A stretch of 64,000 nucleotides of DNA from an uncultured Actinomycetota bacterium (GCA_963843515.1 CAWJKH010000004.1:35867-99866), one strand, 5' to 3'; positions 10,339 through 20,677 are shown, counted from the first letter of the stretch. Numbers and translations are program-made. The notes: generated by a model not told the origin, from the letters alone.

Positions 10339-10596
10339 AAATCTCCTGGTTGCTGGCAGGCAGACGGCGAGAAGATCATTGGTATTTCAGAGGCTCGTTC
10401 ACCGCTTGTGCAACTGCTCCCGGGGCCCCGGCGAAGCTGCAGACTGCAATCTGCGAGTCATACCGATGCGGTGTACGCCCAGCCCCAGATGCCCGTGAAT
10501 ACAGTGTACTGTGTTGTCACCAGCCATGAAGGCCGGAAGAGCGGGGCGGTGGCGCCACCGGTAACGTCTTGGAAGGTGGGCGTATCGCAGGCTGAG

Positions 10597-11263
10597 CTAC
10601 GCCCCCTTGATTCTGAGCACCTCGTCGATCGGCCGCCGCTCGCTCCGGCACGCGTTCACCGGGCTGTCCTCATCCTCATAGCCGATAGCTATCCCCAGGA
10701 CGATCTTGTACTCTCCCGGAATCCCAAGCTGCTGCCGAAGAACGTCTGGGTAGGAGACGGACGAGTATGCCGGGATCGTGCTCAGGCCCTCCTCGACGGC
10801 TCCGAGCATGATGCCCTGAGCAAGAAGGCCGAGGTCGAACAGAGACCAAGGCTCGAGTCCGGGATGGCTGCAAAGGAAGATGGCCGCCGGCGCCCCGAAG
10901 AAGGCCATCTGTCCCTCGGCGGCTGCTTTCTGCCCGGCCGGGTCCGCCGGGTCCACTCCAAGAGCAGCGCAAACCGCGGCTATCCTTTCCGTATACCTTT
11001 GGAGGACGTGCTCAGGCCAGGCCTCGATCGGGCTGTACTCGGGATTCGGCGCGACCTGGTTCTGCATGTTCCCGAGGAATGCAGCGCGGATGGCGTTCAT
11101 GGTGTCCCCGGCCGCAACGAAGATCTCCCAGGGTTGCGTATTCCCCCAGGAGGGGGCTCGGGTGGCGGCCTCAACAATTCGCACCAGCACGTCGCGGGGT
11201 ACGGCTGCCTGCTTGTAGGCGCGGCTGGAGTGTCTGGCGGCAAGGACTTCGCGTACGCCCATG
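10597..11263 (-). CDS. Nitroreductase family protein
   Basis: LAARHSSRAYK...PSWGNTQPW nitroreductase signature. ATG at 11263 is preceded by AGGAGG. The ORF track N-terminal extension runs through a repeat copy. Confidence 0.75.
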
Positions 11264-11351
11264 ACGTTCCTCCTGTGGGTCTTGACAACAATATGAAGCA
11301 TACCGCCGTCAGTCGCAGGGGGCTGACGGTTTGGTGCGATTACGCCCGTCT

Positions 11352-11515
11352 CAGTCCGTCTTGTGGTGACCCGCTTGCCACCGAATTGCCACCGAACTCG
11401 CCCTGAAGACGTCAAGACCCGGCTTCAGCGACGGGTCGCGACATACGATTCTTGGCTTTCCTAAGCGGAGAGGCGGGATTCGAACCTCCGGTACCGTTTG
11501 CACGGCGCAACTCAG
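11352..11515 (+). repeat. Interspersed tRNA-like repeat family copy
   Basis: TTGCCACCGAATTGCCACCGAACTCGCC ... GCGGAGAGGCGGGATTCGAACCTCCGGTACCGTTTGCACGG. Confidence 0.7.
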
Positions 11516-11578
11516 CTAGGAAGTCACACTACGTCACCGTTCCTGTCGGCCGCGGGTGACGGGGACGGCAAGAGGGCG

Positions 11579-12016
11579 CTACACAGCTGGGGCTTTGACG
11601 CCCAACTGCTCCAGCGCTGCAGGAATGCCGCCATCGGCAGGCGACTCGACATGCATGTGGGAGACCTTGTCACCTCGGACGGTTACCACGAAGGCGTCCT
11701 TTACCGATACCTTCTTCCCGGTCGGCGGGAGGGTCGGCATTCCCGGCAGGGGCAGACTCAAGGGACCGGACTGGGTGCCGCTCCACCGCACCTTCACGGT
11801 TGCCTGATCCCCGTTCACTGTGGTCTGCTCTATGTCAAAGCTCAGATCGGGCATGGCAGTGACCAGCGCGTTCACCATTCCCATCGCTTGCATCACCGGG
11901 ATGGCCTGAGGCAGGACTCCACCACTCGCCATGGCGTCCGGGGTGACGAGTCCCTTTAGCCTCTCGGAATCATTCATGTTCTTCACGAAATCCCTGGCGA
12001 CTTGTTCAACGCTCAT
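11579..12016 (-). CDS. SnoaL-like / NTF2-fold protein
   Basis: 145 aa alpha+beta cone-like small protein. Family assignment is by overall resemblance only. Confidence 0.45.
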   Translation of the reverse strand: MSVEQVARDFVKNMNDSERLKGLVTPDAMASGGVLPQAIPVMQAMGMVNALVTAMPDLSFDIEQTTVNGDQATVKVRWSGTQSGPLSLPLPGMPTLPPTGKKVSVKDAFVVTVRGDKVSHMHVESPADGGIPAALEQLGVKAPAV

Positions 12017-12173
12017 CGGGAACTCCTTCCGCAGGACGCCGATCGGGCACGAGCAGAGGCACAGCTGACACTACCCCTTCTTCAGAACTGCAAACTCTCG
12101 CCTCCGAGGCCGTCGGGCTGACCATTCTGCCCTCGAAAGGAGGGAGGGGAAGCGTCGCGAAGATACGGGCTCG

Positions 12174-12584
12174 CTACTCCGGTACGAACTTGAGCGATGC
12201 GGAGTTCATGCAGTATCGCAGACCCGTGGGCGGTGGCCCGTCGTCGAACACATGGCCCAAGTGGCCCTCGCAGCGGGCGCAGCTTACGGCTGTGCGTCTC
12301 ATCCAAAGCGAACGATCCACGTGCTCCTCCACAGCGTCAGGCGAGATAGGTTGCCAAAAACTCGGCCATCCCGTGCCCGAGTGAAACTTCGCCTCCGAAC
12401 CGAACAAGGGCAGGTCACACGCGTAACAAACGTACGTGCCTGGTTCCCAGAAGTCGTCGTATTCGTTATTGAAGGCGGGCTCCGTCCCGTCTTCGAACAA
12501 TACCCGATAGTGGTCGGGCGGCAGGATGCGCCGCCACTCCTCCCTGCTACGGATCAGTTTCTCGACCATCTGGCTCTCCGCCAT
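12174..12584 (-). CDS. msrB: Peptide-methionine (R)-S-oxide reductase
   Basis: CxxC...CxxC zinc motifs and the RYCMNSASL catalytic motif of MsrB. Confidence 0.9.
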   Translation of the reverse strand: MAESQMVEKLIRSREEWRRILPPDHYRVLFEDGTEPAFNNEYDDFWEPGTYVCYACDLPLFGSEAKFHSGTGWPSFWQPISPDAVEEHVDRSLWMRRTAVSCARCEGHLGHVFDDGPPPTGLRYCMNSASLKFVPE

Positions 12585-12816
12585 TCACGGCACGCGGTGT
12601 CGCGGCCACGTTGAGTGTGTCCCCCGGGGCTGTCCGACCCAAACGGCGCGCTGCCAGTGGGAATCGAATCCGGCAGGGGCATGGGCAGATGCGGCTTGAG
12701 AATGGTCATGGAAGGGTAGACGTTTCAGGCAGGTGTCGGAGACCTGCGGATCAAGACAAGGGGGGCACGCCGGTGGGGCGTCACCCGGGGTTACGGGAAC
12801 GGTAGGAGGAGCATCC

Positions 12817-13896
12817 ATGAACGGACAGACCACGCCGAGCGGGGCGGCAGCCCCCAAGAGCACATTTCGTCGCCTGTGGTGGCTCTGGCTCTCAATAGGC
12901 ATCATCGCGGTGTTCCTCATCGCCTTCTTCGTAGGCCGCGCGACGGACGATGAGGCAGCCTCCATACCCGGCGCTGCCGCCCCGACCATGGTCATCACGG
13001 AAAGCCAGAATGGCTCCACGGTCGCCGTGAGCCCCGGCTGGGTGGTTCTTCTGCAACTCACCGGCAATCCCGAGGACGGGTCGGCCTGGAACTTCACCGC
13101 CGTGAACGCCTCCCTGATGCAGGTGTTGCCGGGACCCCAGATCTCTTACGTTACCGAGGAGCCGGTCCCTGCCGCGACCTACACGTACTCCGCCATCGCC
13201 CTTAGCGAGGGCGACGTGCAACTGAAGGCCAACAATGTCAGCCTCGCCGGCGAGACGAAGAAGACTTTCGCCTGCACCATCCGCATCGTCTCTCCCGACC
13301 AGTTGGAGACCACCACCACGGTGGAGCAGACGACTACGACCGCCGAGGCGACCACTACTACCGTGGAAGAAACGACCACGACTACGGAAGCTGCCACCAC
13401 CACGACGGCGGCCTCGACGACCACGACGGCGGCCTCGACGACCACGACGGCGGCCTCGACGACCACGACGGCGGCCTCGACGACCACGACGGCCGAGTCG
13501 ACCACGACTACCACCGCCCCGCCGGCGACCACGACGACGATCCCGATGCCCCCGATCGATATTCCCACGGGTGCCGTCCCTATTGGGCCGAAGGCCAACG
13601 GTCAGATCGTGGTAGTGCCCACTACGGCGACTGCGCTCGTGCTGGGTCTGCCCGATGACACCTCAGACAACTACACCTGGCAACTAGACACCTATGACAC
13701 CGGTGTGATCGACCTGCAGGGAGAACCGACTTTCCATCCCTCCACCGCGGAGAACGTGGGTGCTCTCGTGTGGACGTTCGACGTGGTGGCCGCCGGCGCG
13801 ACTGACCTCAAGCTCGTTTATGCGGATAGTTCCGGAAACGTGAGGCAGCAGTTCTTCGTCTCGATCAGCGTGCAAGAGCAGACGGTCACTCCGTAG
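12817..13896 (+). CDS. Membrane-anchored protein with two chagasin-like (peptidase inhibitor I42-like) domains separated by a Thr-rich tandem-repeat linker
   Basis: ATG preceded by AGGAGG. N-terminal TM anchor. The second domain has a DNYTWQL motif resembling the NPTTGY.W motif of chagasin. Confidence 0.4.
   Translation: MNGQTTPSGAAAPKSTFRRLWWLWLSIGIIAVFLIAFFVGRATDDEAASIPGAAAPTMVITESQNGSTVAVSPGWVVLLQLTGNPEDGSAWNFTAVNASLMQVLPGPQISYVTEEPVPAATYTYSAIALSEGDVQLKANNVSLAGETKKTFACTIRIVSPDQLETTTTVEQTTTTAEATTTTVEETTTTTEAATTTTAASTTTTAASTTTTAASTTTTAASTTTTAESTTTTTAPPATTTTIPMPPIDIPTGAVPIGPKANGQIVVVPTTATALVLGLPDDTSDNYTWQLDTYDTGVIDLQGEPTFHPSTAENVGALVWTFDVVAAGATDLKLVYADSSGNVRQQFFVSISVQEQTVTP
13401..13505 (+). 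repeat. Tandem 21-bp repeat (~4.5 copies) encoding (AASTTTT)n linker
   Basis: cacgacggcggcctcgacgac is repeated perfectly four times, followed by a diverged copy. Confidence 0.85.
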
Positions 13897-14004
13897 TGGG
13901 CCCCGGAGACAGCCATGGACGCACCAGATGTCACCGAAGACGAGTGCCAGGCAGCCTTGTCCTCGCAGACTTGACCCGAGTCTGCTCGACAGGAGTCAGC
14001 GCTT

Positions 14005-14185
14005 CCGCCGTCTGGTCCCTCGCGTCCGTCTGGGTCCGCTTGCCGTTGGCGAGTTTGCCCCCGAAATGCCGCCGAACTCGCCCGACAGACGCGAAGACCC
14101 GGCCTCACCGACCGGGCCTCTACATGCGTTATTGGCTTTCCAGAGCGGAGAGAGGGGATTCGAAAACCCCCGGTACCGTCCTGAG
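14005..14185 (+). repeat. Interspersed tRNA-like repeat family copy
   Basis: GTCCGTCTGGGTCCGCTTGCC..GTTTGCCCCCGAAATGCCGCCGAACTCGCC...GCGGAGAGAGGGGATTCGAAAACCCCCGGTACCG. Confidence 0.7.
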
Positions 14186-14244
14186 GAGGCGAGGGCCGCC
14201 CCGAAGGGCGGCCCTCAAGGTCAGGAGACCGCCGGCAGCACCTC

Positions 14245-15272
14245 AGGCAGCACCTCAATAGGTCACCACCCTGGGCAGGCCCTGGGCAGTCTCGATCCAG
14301 CTCGGCCACCTGGACTTCGGTAGGGAGCCGGCGGACGAGTTGCTTCTGCTCGTTGACCTCCCCCAGCTTCGCCCACAGGTTGTCGGCTCGCCTTTGGGCC
14401 AACTCAGGGACTGTGTCTACTCCGGCTGCTTCCAGCAGATCCGAGTACTGCTCGCCCACTCCTTTGACGCGGAACATGTCGGCCATGTTCACCCAACGCA
14501 AGATCAGCTTGCCGCTGATGCCGGTGGCTGTCGCCAGGTCATCCCGGCCTTTGGGGGTAGCTCCGGCTTGCAGCAGGTCGTCCGTGGTCTTTAATCCAGC
14601 GGCCTCCAGCTTCTCCGCGTATGCCGGGCCGATGCCCTCGATGTCTAAGAGGCCGGAAATCCTCCTCATGTCCGGTGTTGCCACCGGCGTCTCCTCGCTC
14701 ACCGGCGCCACTGACGCTGCCGCCACTGGCGGGGCCGCCACGACCGGAGCCGGCTCGGTGACCGGTGCTGGCGCCACAGCCGGAGCCTGCTCGGTGACCG
14801 CCGCCGCTACCGCCGCTGCCGCCGGGGCCGGGGGCACGTATGCCGGCGCAGCTGGCGGGACGTAAGCGGCCACAGGAGGGGGCGTGTACGCGGGAGGATA
14901 CTGGGGGGCCATCGGCCCCGCTGCCGGCACACGCCTAGAGCCACTTGCGATCTCCAGGATCCCGCCAACGATTAGAAGGATGCCCGGCAGGGTCCAGAAG
15001 GCGCTAATGCAGACAAAGCCGAGGATACCGGGGACGAGAAGAAGGATGATCGACGCGAGCCGGTGACCGTTCGCCAAGGCGCCCCCGACGATCCCAGCTA
15101 TGGCCAGAAGGATGGCGATGACGCTGAGAGTCGTAATTATGCCTCCACCCTCAGCACCTAACGCAATACCGGCTCCGCCTATGGCCATGCCTATGAATCC
15201 GAAGATGATCCCGAATACCCCGCCGACGATCCCCAGCACTTTAGCCGCCGTACGCATTTCGCCCTCCCCCAC
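14245..15272 (-). CDS. Membrane protein with Pro/Ala-rich linker and DUF4332 (HhH-like) domain; 3' end uncertain
   Basis: N-terminal 4-TM Gly-rich region, then a (PPA/APAYVPP)n linker, then DIEGIGPAYAEKL...VKGVGEQYSDLLEAAGV. The open frame continues to 13818 through a repeat copy. A +1 frame gives ...WPSWIETAQGLPRVVTY ending at 14245, so the true stop is ambiguous. Confidence 0.45.
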
Positions 15273-15684
15273 TAATCGCAGTAGCGCCCCAATACCCTAA
15301 CGGATCCTGTTCAGACTGTATAACTTCCCTCATCTGAGCGCCACAGAACCTTCTCCACGAAGACAGGGGGTCTCCCGGGCCAGGCGAGGCAGAAGCGAAG
15401 GATCGTGGCGGCAAGGCTTCCTTGATCTGGGAAGGTGTTGTAAGACCGATGGGAGGGACATGCTGCCGAGTATCACTGCGTTCAAAAACGCCTCGGAAAT
15501 CGCGCGACTTTGTCCGCCACGTATCACTGAGTGCTATTTGGGTAGGGGTAACGGTAGGGTAAGCGTGCGGTGTGGGCCTAGAGTTGGCCGCGAAGAGGGG
15601 GGCGGGGAGGCTCAATGCTGGACACTCCCGCGCGCTCGAGATCGCTTCTGTGGAGACGCCAGCGACTCCGGCGCTGATGGCGGG

Positions 15685-18351
15685 CTACGGTACGAGGCAG
15701 CCCTCTCTTTCTAGGATGTCCCGTCCGCGGCTCTCGAGCTCATTGGCCGCCTCGGCACGGCCCTGCACTCTTCGTAGCTTGGCCAGTTCCAGCAGGATCT
15801 CGCCTGCCCGGGGATGTTCCGGGCGCGTCCTTGCCGTGATGACGTCCAGCGCCTTCTGCAAACGCTCTTCTGCCTCGTTCGGGCGTGCTTGCAGAAGCTC
15901 CAGTTTTCCCCACAAAAGGTAAAGAGCCGAAAACCAGGGGTGGTCTTCGCGCAAGACTTGCCGGGCGAGGGCCAGGCACCGACCGAGCAATCCGGCGCAC
16001 TCCTCGTAGGCGCCTTGCTCCATCGATACCCGGGCGAGCGCCGCCGTGAGGAGGGCCTGAAGCCGTGGTGTTCCTGCTATCTGAAGTCCTTCCTCCGCGC
16101 GCTGCCTGGCCTCCTCGAGCCGGCCTGATTGCGCACACGTCTCGGCGAGGAGCGAGAGCATCTCGGCCCTGGTCCGCGGGTCCTCCCCCAGATCGAGGAA
16201 GCTCAAGCCCCGCCCGGCCAACGAGTAGGCCTCCTCATACCGACGCTGGTCGAGGCGTATCTCCGCCCACGTCGAGAGAGGCAGCCCCAAATTGAAGTTC
16301 TCCTCGGTGTACCGGCTGACGGTCAGCCGGTAACAATCGGCGATGATGCGGTCCGCTTCCCGATAGCAGCCCATCCCCTCCTGGTAGTAAGCGTAGTTGT
16401 TGACCAGCCAGAGATAGTACCGATTACCCGGATCCTCCTGGACCCGGCTGAGAGCTCTGCGGCATACCTCTATGGCTTCTCTGCAGTCGCCGGATTCGTC
16501 GAGGCAGGCGGAGAGCGAAGCGGCGGCGAGGCAGTAGTCGACCTCGTCGAGGATTGGCCCAACCTCGTGACTGGAAAGCGCCTCCTCCAAGAGAGGCCTA
16601 GCCTCTTCGTATCTGTTCTGTCCGAAGAACAGAGTCCGCCCAAGATGCGTGAGAATGCGGGGCACGAGCTTCTCGCCGAAGCTATCGACGGCTCGGGCGC
16701 CCGTCAGTGCTTGCCGCAGCGCGGCCTCGCTTTGCTTCGGGTCTGGCAGGCTAAGCTCGCCCAAACAGGCGAGGGCACGGACGGTCGTAATGTCGAGTAG
16801 ACCGAGCGACTCCCGGGCGTCGGCCGCCAGGGCCCGCGCTGCATCCTGCAGGGGCCGGTCTAGGCCGGCCTCGGCGAACGCCTTCACCCGTAAGGCGAAC
16901 CAATCCACCATCTGCGGCAGCGAGAGACAGCCGCGGCCGTGGAAGTACGCGTCAAGGAAAGCGTGCTGATGATCAGGGGTGACCGAGTGGGGGCCCATTG
17001 CCTGTAGCTTCGCGTCGAAACGCTGGAACAGGAAGGAGTGGATACCGCGCAGCCTTTCTGGATCTCGCCTGGCGAGTCTCGTCCTCAGCGACTCCGCCAT
17101 GATGTCGTGCATCTGATAAACACCGAAAGACCGCTCCAACACAAAGCTGAAGCGGCAGATCTCGCGGAAGTGGCCGAGCGGGAATTGGGTGTTGAACGAG
17201 ACGCAGAGGTCGCGGAACAGTTGGTCGTCGAAGAGGCGCGGCACGGAAAGGACCTCGACGGTATCCTGCTCCGCGGGCGAGAGATAGCGCAGGAAGCGCT
17301 CGGCCATCCTGGCCTCGGCGGTCGCCTCGAAGCCGGTGAAGTCCTCAGGTCCAACGTCCCTGCCGCGCCGCCTGATCTCCTCCATGGTGTCGAGGGCCAG
17401 ATCGAGCAGGAATGGGACGTTGCCGGTCTCCCTCGTTATCCGGTCCTGTAAAGCTGAATCCGTCACCCGGGCGGACACCAGCAACTCTCGGGCATCCTCG
17501 TCGGGAAGGCCCTCTAGTTGGTGTTGCTCGAGCGCCTCACTCCAGTCAGGATCGAGATGCTCCCAGTCGAGCTTCTCCCTACCGCACACGACGCACAGGG
17601 CAAAGGGGAGTTGCAGTGTGAGCTCCCTGACCCATTCATCCCGCAACAGCCTCTGCTCCTCGCTCCGGACGTCGGCAAACAAGGCCTCGTAGGTGTCAAG
17701 GAAGAGGACGCTTACCCTGGGGCACCCCTGCCGATGTTCGACCAGGTCTTCGGCGAAGTATGCCGGCAGACGTTCCTCGATCTCCGCGGCCTCCAATCGG
17801 CTGATGGTTTTCAGATCCTCGCGGCCCCGCTTGACCCACCACGCTTTGAGCGGTCCGCTGGCCTTCTCGACGAGATTGGCAGCCAGGGAGACGAACGGCA
17901 CACCCATGCTGGAGAGCAGGGATGCCGCCATGCTCCCCGCTTCGAAGAGGGGCTTGCCCTCGTCGACCGGGGCGGTGTTGGGTCTCGTCAGTTTCCAGAG
18001 GTAGGCGTAGACCAGGTCGAAGGTCGGAAACGCCACCGAGTGTCGTTCGCTCAGTTGACGCCGCAACGAGAACAGGGCGGTCTGCGGATCCCTCATGGTG
18101 GGAAGGGCGAAATCCACCTCCGCCCATAGGGCGCCGTCGTCCCTCGCCGTCAACCGTTCACGCAACTCTCTCTTGAGCCGAGACTTGCCGATGCCGGCCA
18201 GGCCCCAGTAGACGAGCACTCTTGGCCCCTTGAACGAGGTATCGGCCACGGCGGCGTCGAACGCGGCAAGCAGTTCTTCTCTGTCCACGAACGCCCGAGG
18301 GCCGGGGAGTTCACCACCCGGGCGACGCTGAAATCTGGGTTGCAGCGGCAT
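15685..18351 (-). CDS. STAND-class NTPase (NB-ARC-like) with C-terminal TPR array
   Basis: Walker A VLVYWGLAGIGKSRL and Walker B-like VLFLDTYE, then about 450 aa of TPR-like helical repeats. No recognisable N-terminal effector or DNA-binding domain. Confidence 0.7.
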   Translation of the reverse strand: MPLQPRFQRRPGGELPGPRAFVDREELLAAFDAAVADTSFKGPRVLVYWGLAGIGKSRLKRELRERLTARDDGALWAEVDFALPTMRDPQTALFSLRRQLSERHSVAFPTFDLVYAYLWKLTRPNTAPVDEGKPLFEAGSMAASLLSSMGVPFVSLAANLVEKASGPLKAWWVKRGREDLKTISRLEAAEIEERLPAYFAEDLVEHRQGCPRVSVLFLDTYEALFADVRSEEQRLLRDEWVRELTLQLPFALCVVCGREKLDWEHLDPDWSEALEQHQLEGLPDEDARELLVSARVTDSALQDRITRETGNVPFLLDLALDTMEEIRRRGRDVGPEDFTGFEATAEARMAERFLRYLSPAEQDTVEVLSVPRLFDDQLFRDLCVSFNTQFPLGHFREICRFSFVLERSFGVYQMHDIMAESLRTRLARRDPERLRGIHSFLFQRFDAKLQAMGPHSVTPDHQHAFLDAYFHGRGCLSLPQMVDWFALRVKAFAEAGLDRPLQDAARALAADARESLGLLDITTVRALACLGELSLPDPKQSEAALRQALTGARAVDSFGEKLVPRILTHLGRTLFFGQNRYEEARPLLEEALSSHEVGPILDEVDYCLAAASLSACLDESGDCREAIEVCRRALSRVQEDPGNRYYLWLVNNYAYYQEGMGCYREADRIIADCYRLTVSRYTEENFNLGLPLSTWAEIRLDQRRYEEAYSLAGRGLSFLDLGEDPRTRAEMLSLLAETCAQSGRLEEARQRAEEGLQIAGTPRLQALLTAALARVSMEQGAYEECAGLLGRCLALARQVLREDHPWFSALYLLWGKLELLQARPNEAEERLQKALDVITARTRPEHPRAGEILLELAKLRRVQGRAEAANELESRGRDILEREGCLVP

Positions 18352-18502
18352 GAGGGACCTCGTAGTGGGCCTTCCATGCTCCTGTCACGCAGGCCGGTTG
18401 TCAAGTCCCTTCAAATGCGGCCGTAAGCACGCCATGGGCTATATGGGGAATAGCGCCCAAACGGCCTACGGGGTTCTCCCTGCCAGGTTGTGAGAGAGCA
18501 GA

Positions 18503-19493
18503 TCACGCAAACGCGGTGGCCCTAGTAGGTGACCACCCTGGGTAGGCCCTGGGCAATCTGGATCCAGCTCGGCCACCTGGTCTTGGGTAGGGAGCCTGCG
18601 GACGAGTTGCTTCGTGCTCGTTGACCTCCGCCATCTTCGCCCACAGGTTGTCGGCTCGCCTTTGGGCCAACTCGGGGACTGTGTCCACCCCGGCTGCTTC
18701 TAGCAGGTCGGAGTACTCCTCGCCCACTCCCTTGACGCGTAACATGTCGGCCATGTTCACCCAACGCAGGATCAACAGGCCGCTGATGCCCGTGCTCGCC
18801 GCCAGGTCCTCCCGGCCCTTGGGGTAGCGCCCGGCTTTCAGCAGGTCGTCGGTGGTCTTGAGACCGAGCAGCGCCGAGCTTCTCCGCGTAGGCCGGGCCG
18901 ATACCCTCGATTTCAGCAAGGTCGTAGGCCCGTCTCGCGGCCTGTTCCTCGTCGGCGGACCCGATGGTCGGTGCTGCGACGGGCGTCGCCGCCACTATCG
19001 GGGTTGCCACAGCTGCAGCGACTGCAGCCGGTGCGGCTACACCCGCGGCCGCGCTCGCTCCTGAGGCGGGGGGCAACGCCGGCTCTGCTTCCGTCACCGG
19101 CAACTGTTCTGACCCGTAGGGGCTGGGCCCCCTCCAAGCTATGAACGCCCACAGGACGATGACGTACAGAATGAGCATGATGATGGACCAGATAGGATAG
19201 TAGGGGATCATGAAGAACTCGGAGATGGCGGCGAGACCGGCGGCGACTGCGCCGACCACCCGCCCCAATCTGCTCCCTTGCAGGGCGGCGATACCGCCCA
19301 GAAAGAGGATCGCGCCGACGCATATGTACCAGACGGCCAGCCCAGTGATGTCCACCAACCTGTAGCCGTTGTAGCCCAGTACCAGCCACTGGTCTCTGAA
19401 GAGGCCGATGACCCCCGAGATGATCTTGAACGCCCCCACGATCATCATGAGGACCGACCCAAAGGTGACCCAGCCAGCCCACTTCTGATTCAT
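18503..19493 (-). pseudogene. Frameshifted paralog of the DUF4332 membrane protein
   Basis: The N-terminal TM region plus linker is in one frame (18522..19493) and the DUF4332 domain in another (18503..18919). Relative to the 14245..15272 copy there are two 1-nt insertions, near 18865 and 18606. Confidence 0.55.
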
Positions 19494-19495
19494 CC

Positions 19496-19795
19496 TTACC
19501 CCCTTCGACCGCGTTGCTTTCGCCGCCGTTCTCTACTGTTCTTGCCTCCCCTCCTGCGGAGCAAGATGATCGCGGTGATGATGCCGGCGATCATGACGAC
19601 CAACCCGACGCCCCCACCGATGACCGGAAGCGGCTTCTTGACGTAGAGATCATGCACCCGCGCCGGTACGTCCACCCGGTAGCCGATGGCGTCCAGGTTC
19701 CCGCCCATACGCTCGAGCGTGGCGGTGATGTCTTGACGGATCGCCGCTGACGTCAGTTTGACGGCTTGCTGGCTTTCCCCTGCTCCTTCGCCCAT
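19496..19795 (-). CDS. DUF3618 domain protein (C-terminal TM)
   Basis: MGEGAGESQQAVKLTSAAIRQDITATLERMGGNLDAIGYRV... with a C-terminal hydrophobic helix and basic tail. Partners with the adjacent holin-X-like gene, as is typical in actinobacteria. Confidence 0.5.
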   Translation of the reverse strand: MGEGAGESQQAVKLTSAAIRQDITATLERMGGNLDAIGYRVDVPARVHDLYVKKPLPVIGGGVGLVVMIAGIITAIILLRRRGGKNSRERRRKQRGRRG

Positions 19796-20061
19796 ACGAC
19801 TTCCTCCTTCAGTGACTCGACGGTCTGCTCGGGTACCGGCCCTCCGGCCTTCTTGAGGCGCGAGCGGGCGATCAACACCAGGATCCCGGCGATAGCCAGG
19901 TAGGCGCCGGCCACGATCACGGCGGCCAGCCAGGCGGGTAGCCACAGGTCCACGACCAGGACGATGGCGGCGGTGATGACGCCAAACGCAAACAGTCCCA
20001 GGATGGCCGCGCCCGCGAACAGCCCGGCGACGGTCGCAAGCAGCATGAGCTTCTCATTCAT
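19753..20061 (-). CDS. Phage-holin-family (holin-X-like) small membrane protein; N-terminus probably longer
   Basis: Two TM helices plus an amphipathic C-terminus. The reading frame stays open upstream (..LIHQEIALVKAEMNEKL) but has no start codon before a TAG. A separate frame has AGGAGG-ATG at 20238, which suggests a frameshift. Confidence 0.45.
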   Translation of the reverse strand: MNEKLMLLATVAGLFAGAAILGLFAFGVITAAIVLVVDLWLPAWLAAVIVAGAYLAIAGILVLIARSRLKKAGGPVPEQTVESLKEEVVWAKEQGKASKPSN

Positions 20062-20361
20062 CTCCGCCTTGACGAGCGCGATCTCTTGGTGGATCAGGTG
20101 GTGGACGTCGTGGAGCAGGTCCTTAAGGAGAGTAGCCAGCGACTTATCGAAGGATTCGGGATGCTCCTGCGGCGATTGGGGCGCGTCGGGCGATTCGGGC
20201 GACGTCGGGCGATGCAGGCTGCGCGACTTCTTCCGGCATGATTCCTCCTATCCCAGAACGCTTATCCCCCGGCCCTCGTTGCAGTTCCCCGTATGCCGTT
20301 TTCGAAACACCCGCGCTGGATCCGCTCTACCAGCCAAGGCGAGACCTCCTGGCGTTTGCCC

Positions 20362-20535
20362 GGTCTCCGTCCATCTGCCGGTGGCGCGTTTGCCCCCGAC
20401 CTGCCACCGAACTCGCCTCAGAGACGCGAAAACCCGGCGTCAACAGCCGGGTTCCGATGCGCCATTCTTGGCTTTCCAAAGCGGAGAGGGGGGATTCGGA
20501 CCCCCGGAACTTGGTTGCGGTGCAAACTGGTGGTT
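20362..20535 (+). repeat. Interspersed tRNA-like repeat family copy
   Basis: GCGTTTGCCCCCGACCTGCCACCGAACTCGCC...GCGGAGAGGGGGGATTCGGACCCCCGG. An extra 5' fragment of the family lies at 20590-20630. Confidence 0.7.
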
Positions 20536-20677
20536 TTCCACCGGACCTGGTCCATAGGGAGCGCACCTAGTCTCTACCGCGCTAGTCAGCGGTTCTGCCG
20601 TCTGGTCCCTCGCGTCCAGCATAGATGCCCAGCGCAGCTTCCCGGCGCTATTGCAGGATACACGCCGGCATCGGCAG

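Noticed and set aside
12585-13097. 170-aa minus ORF and 13235..13615 Arg/Pro-rich + ORF
   Set aside because: These are off-frame or antisense shadows of the chagasin-like gene and its Thr-rich repeat (ACG repeats read as RRP/PRR).
13818-15272. Taking the full 484-aa ORF as the DUF4332 protein
   Set aside because: The last about 140 codons cross a non-coding repeat copy and overlap a convergent gene. It was retained only as an alternative and reported as a finding.
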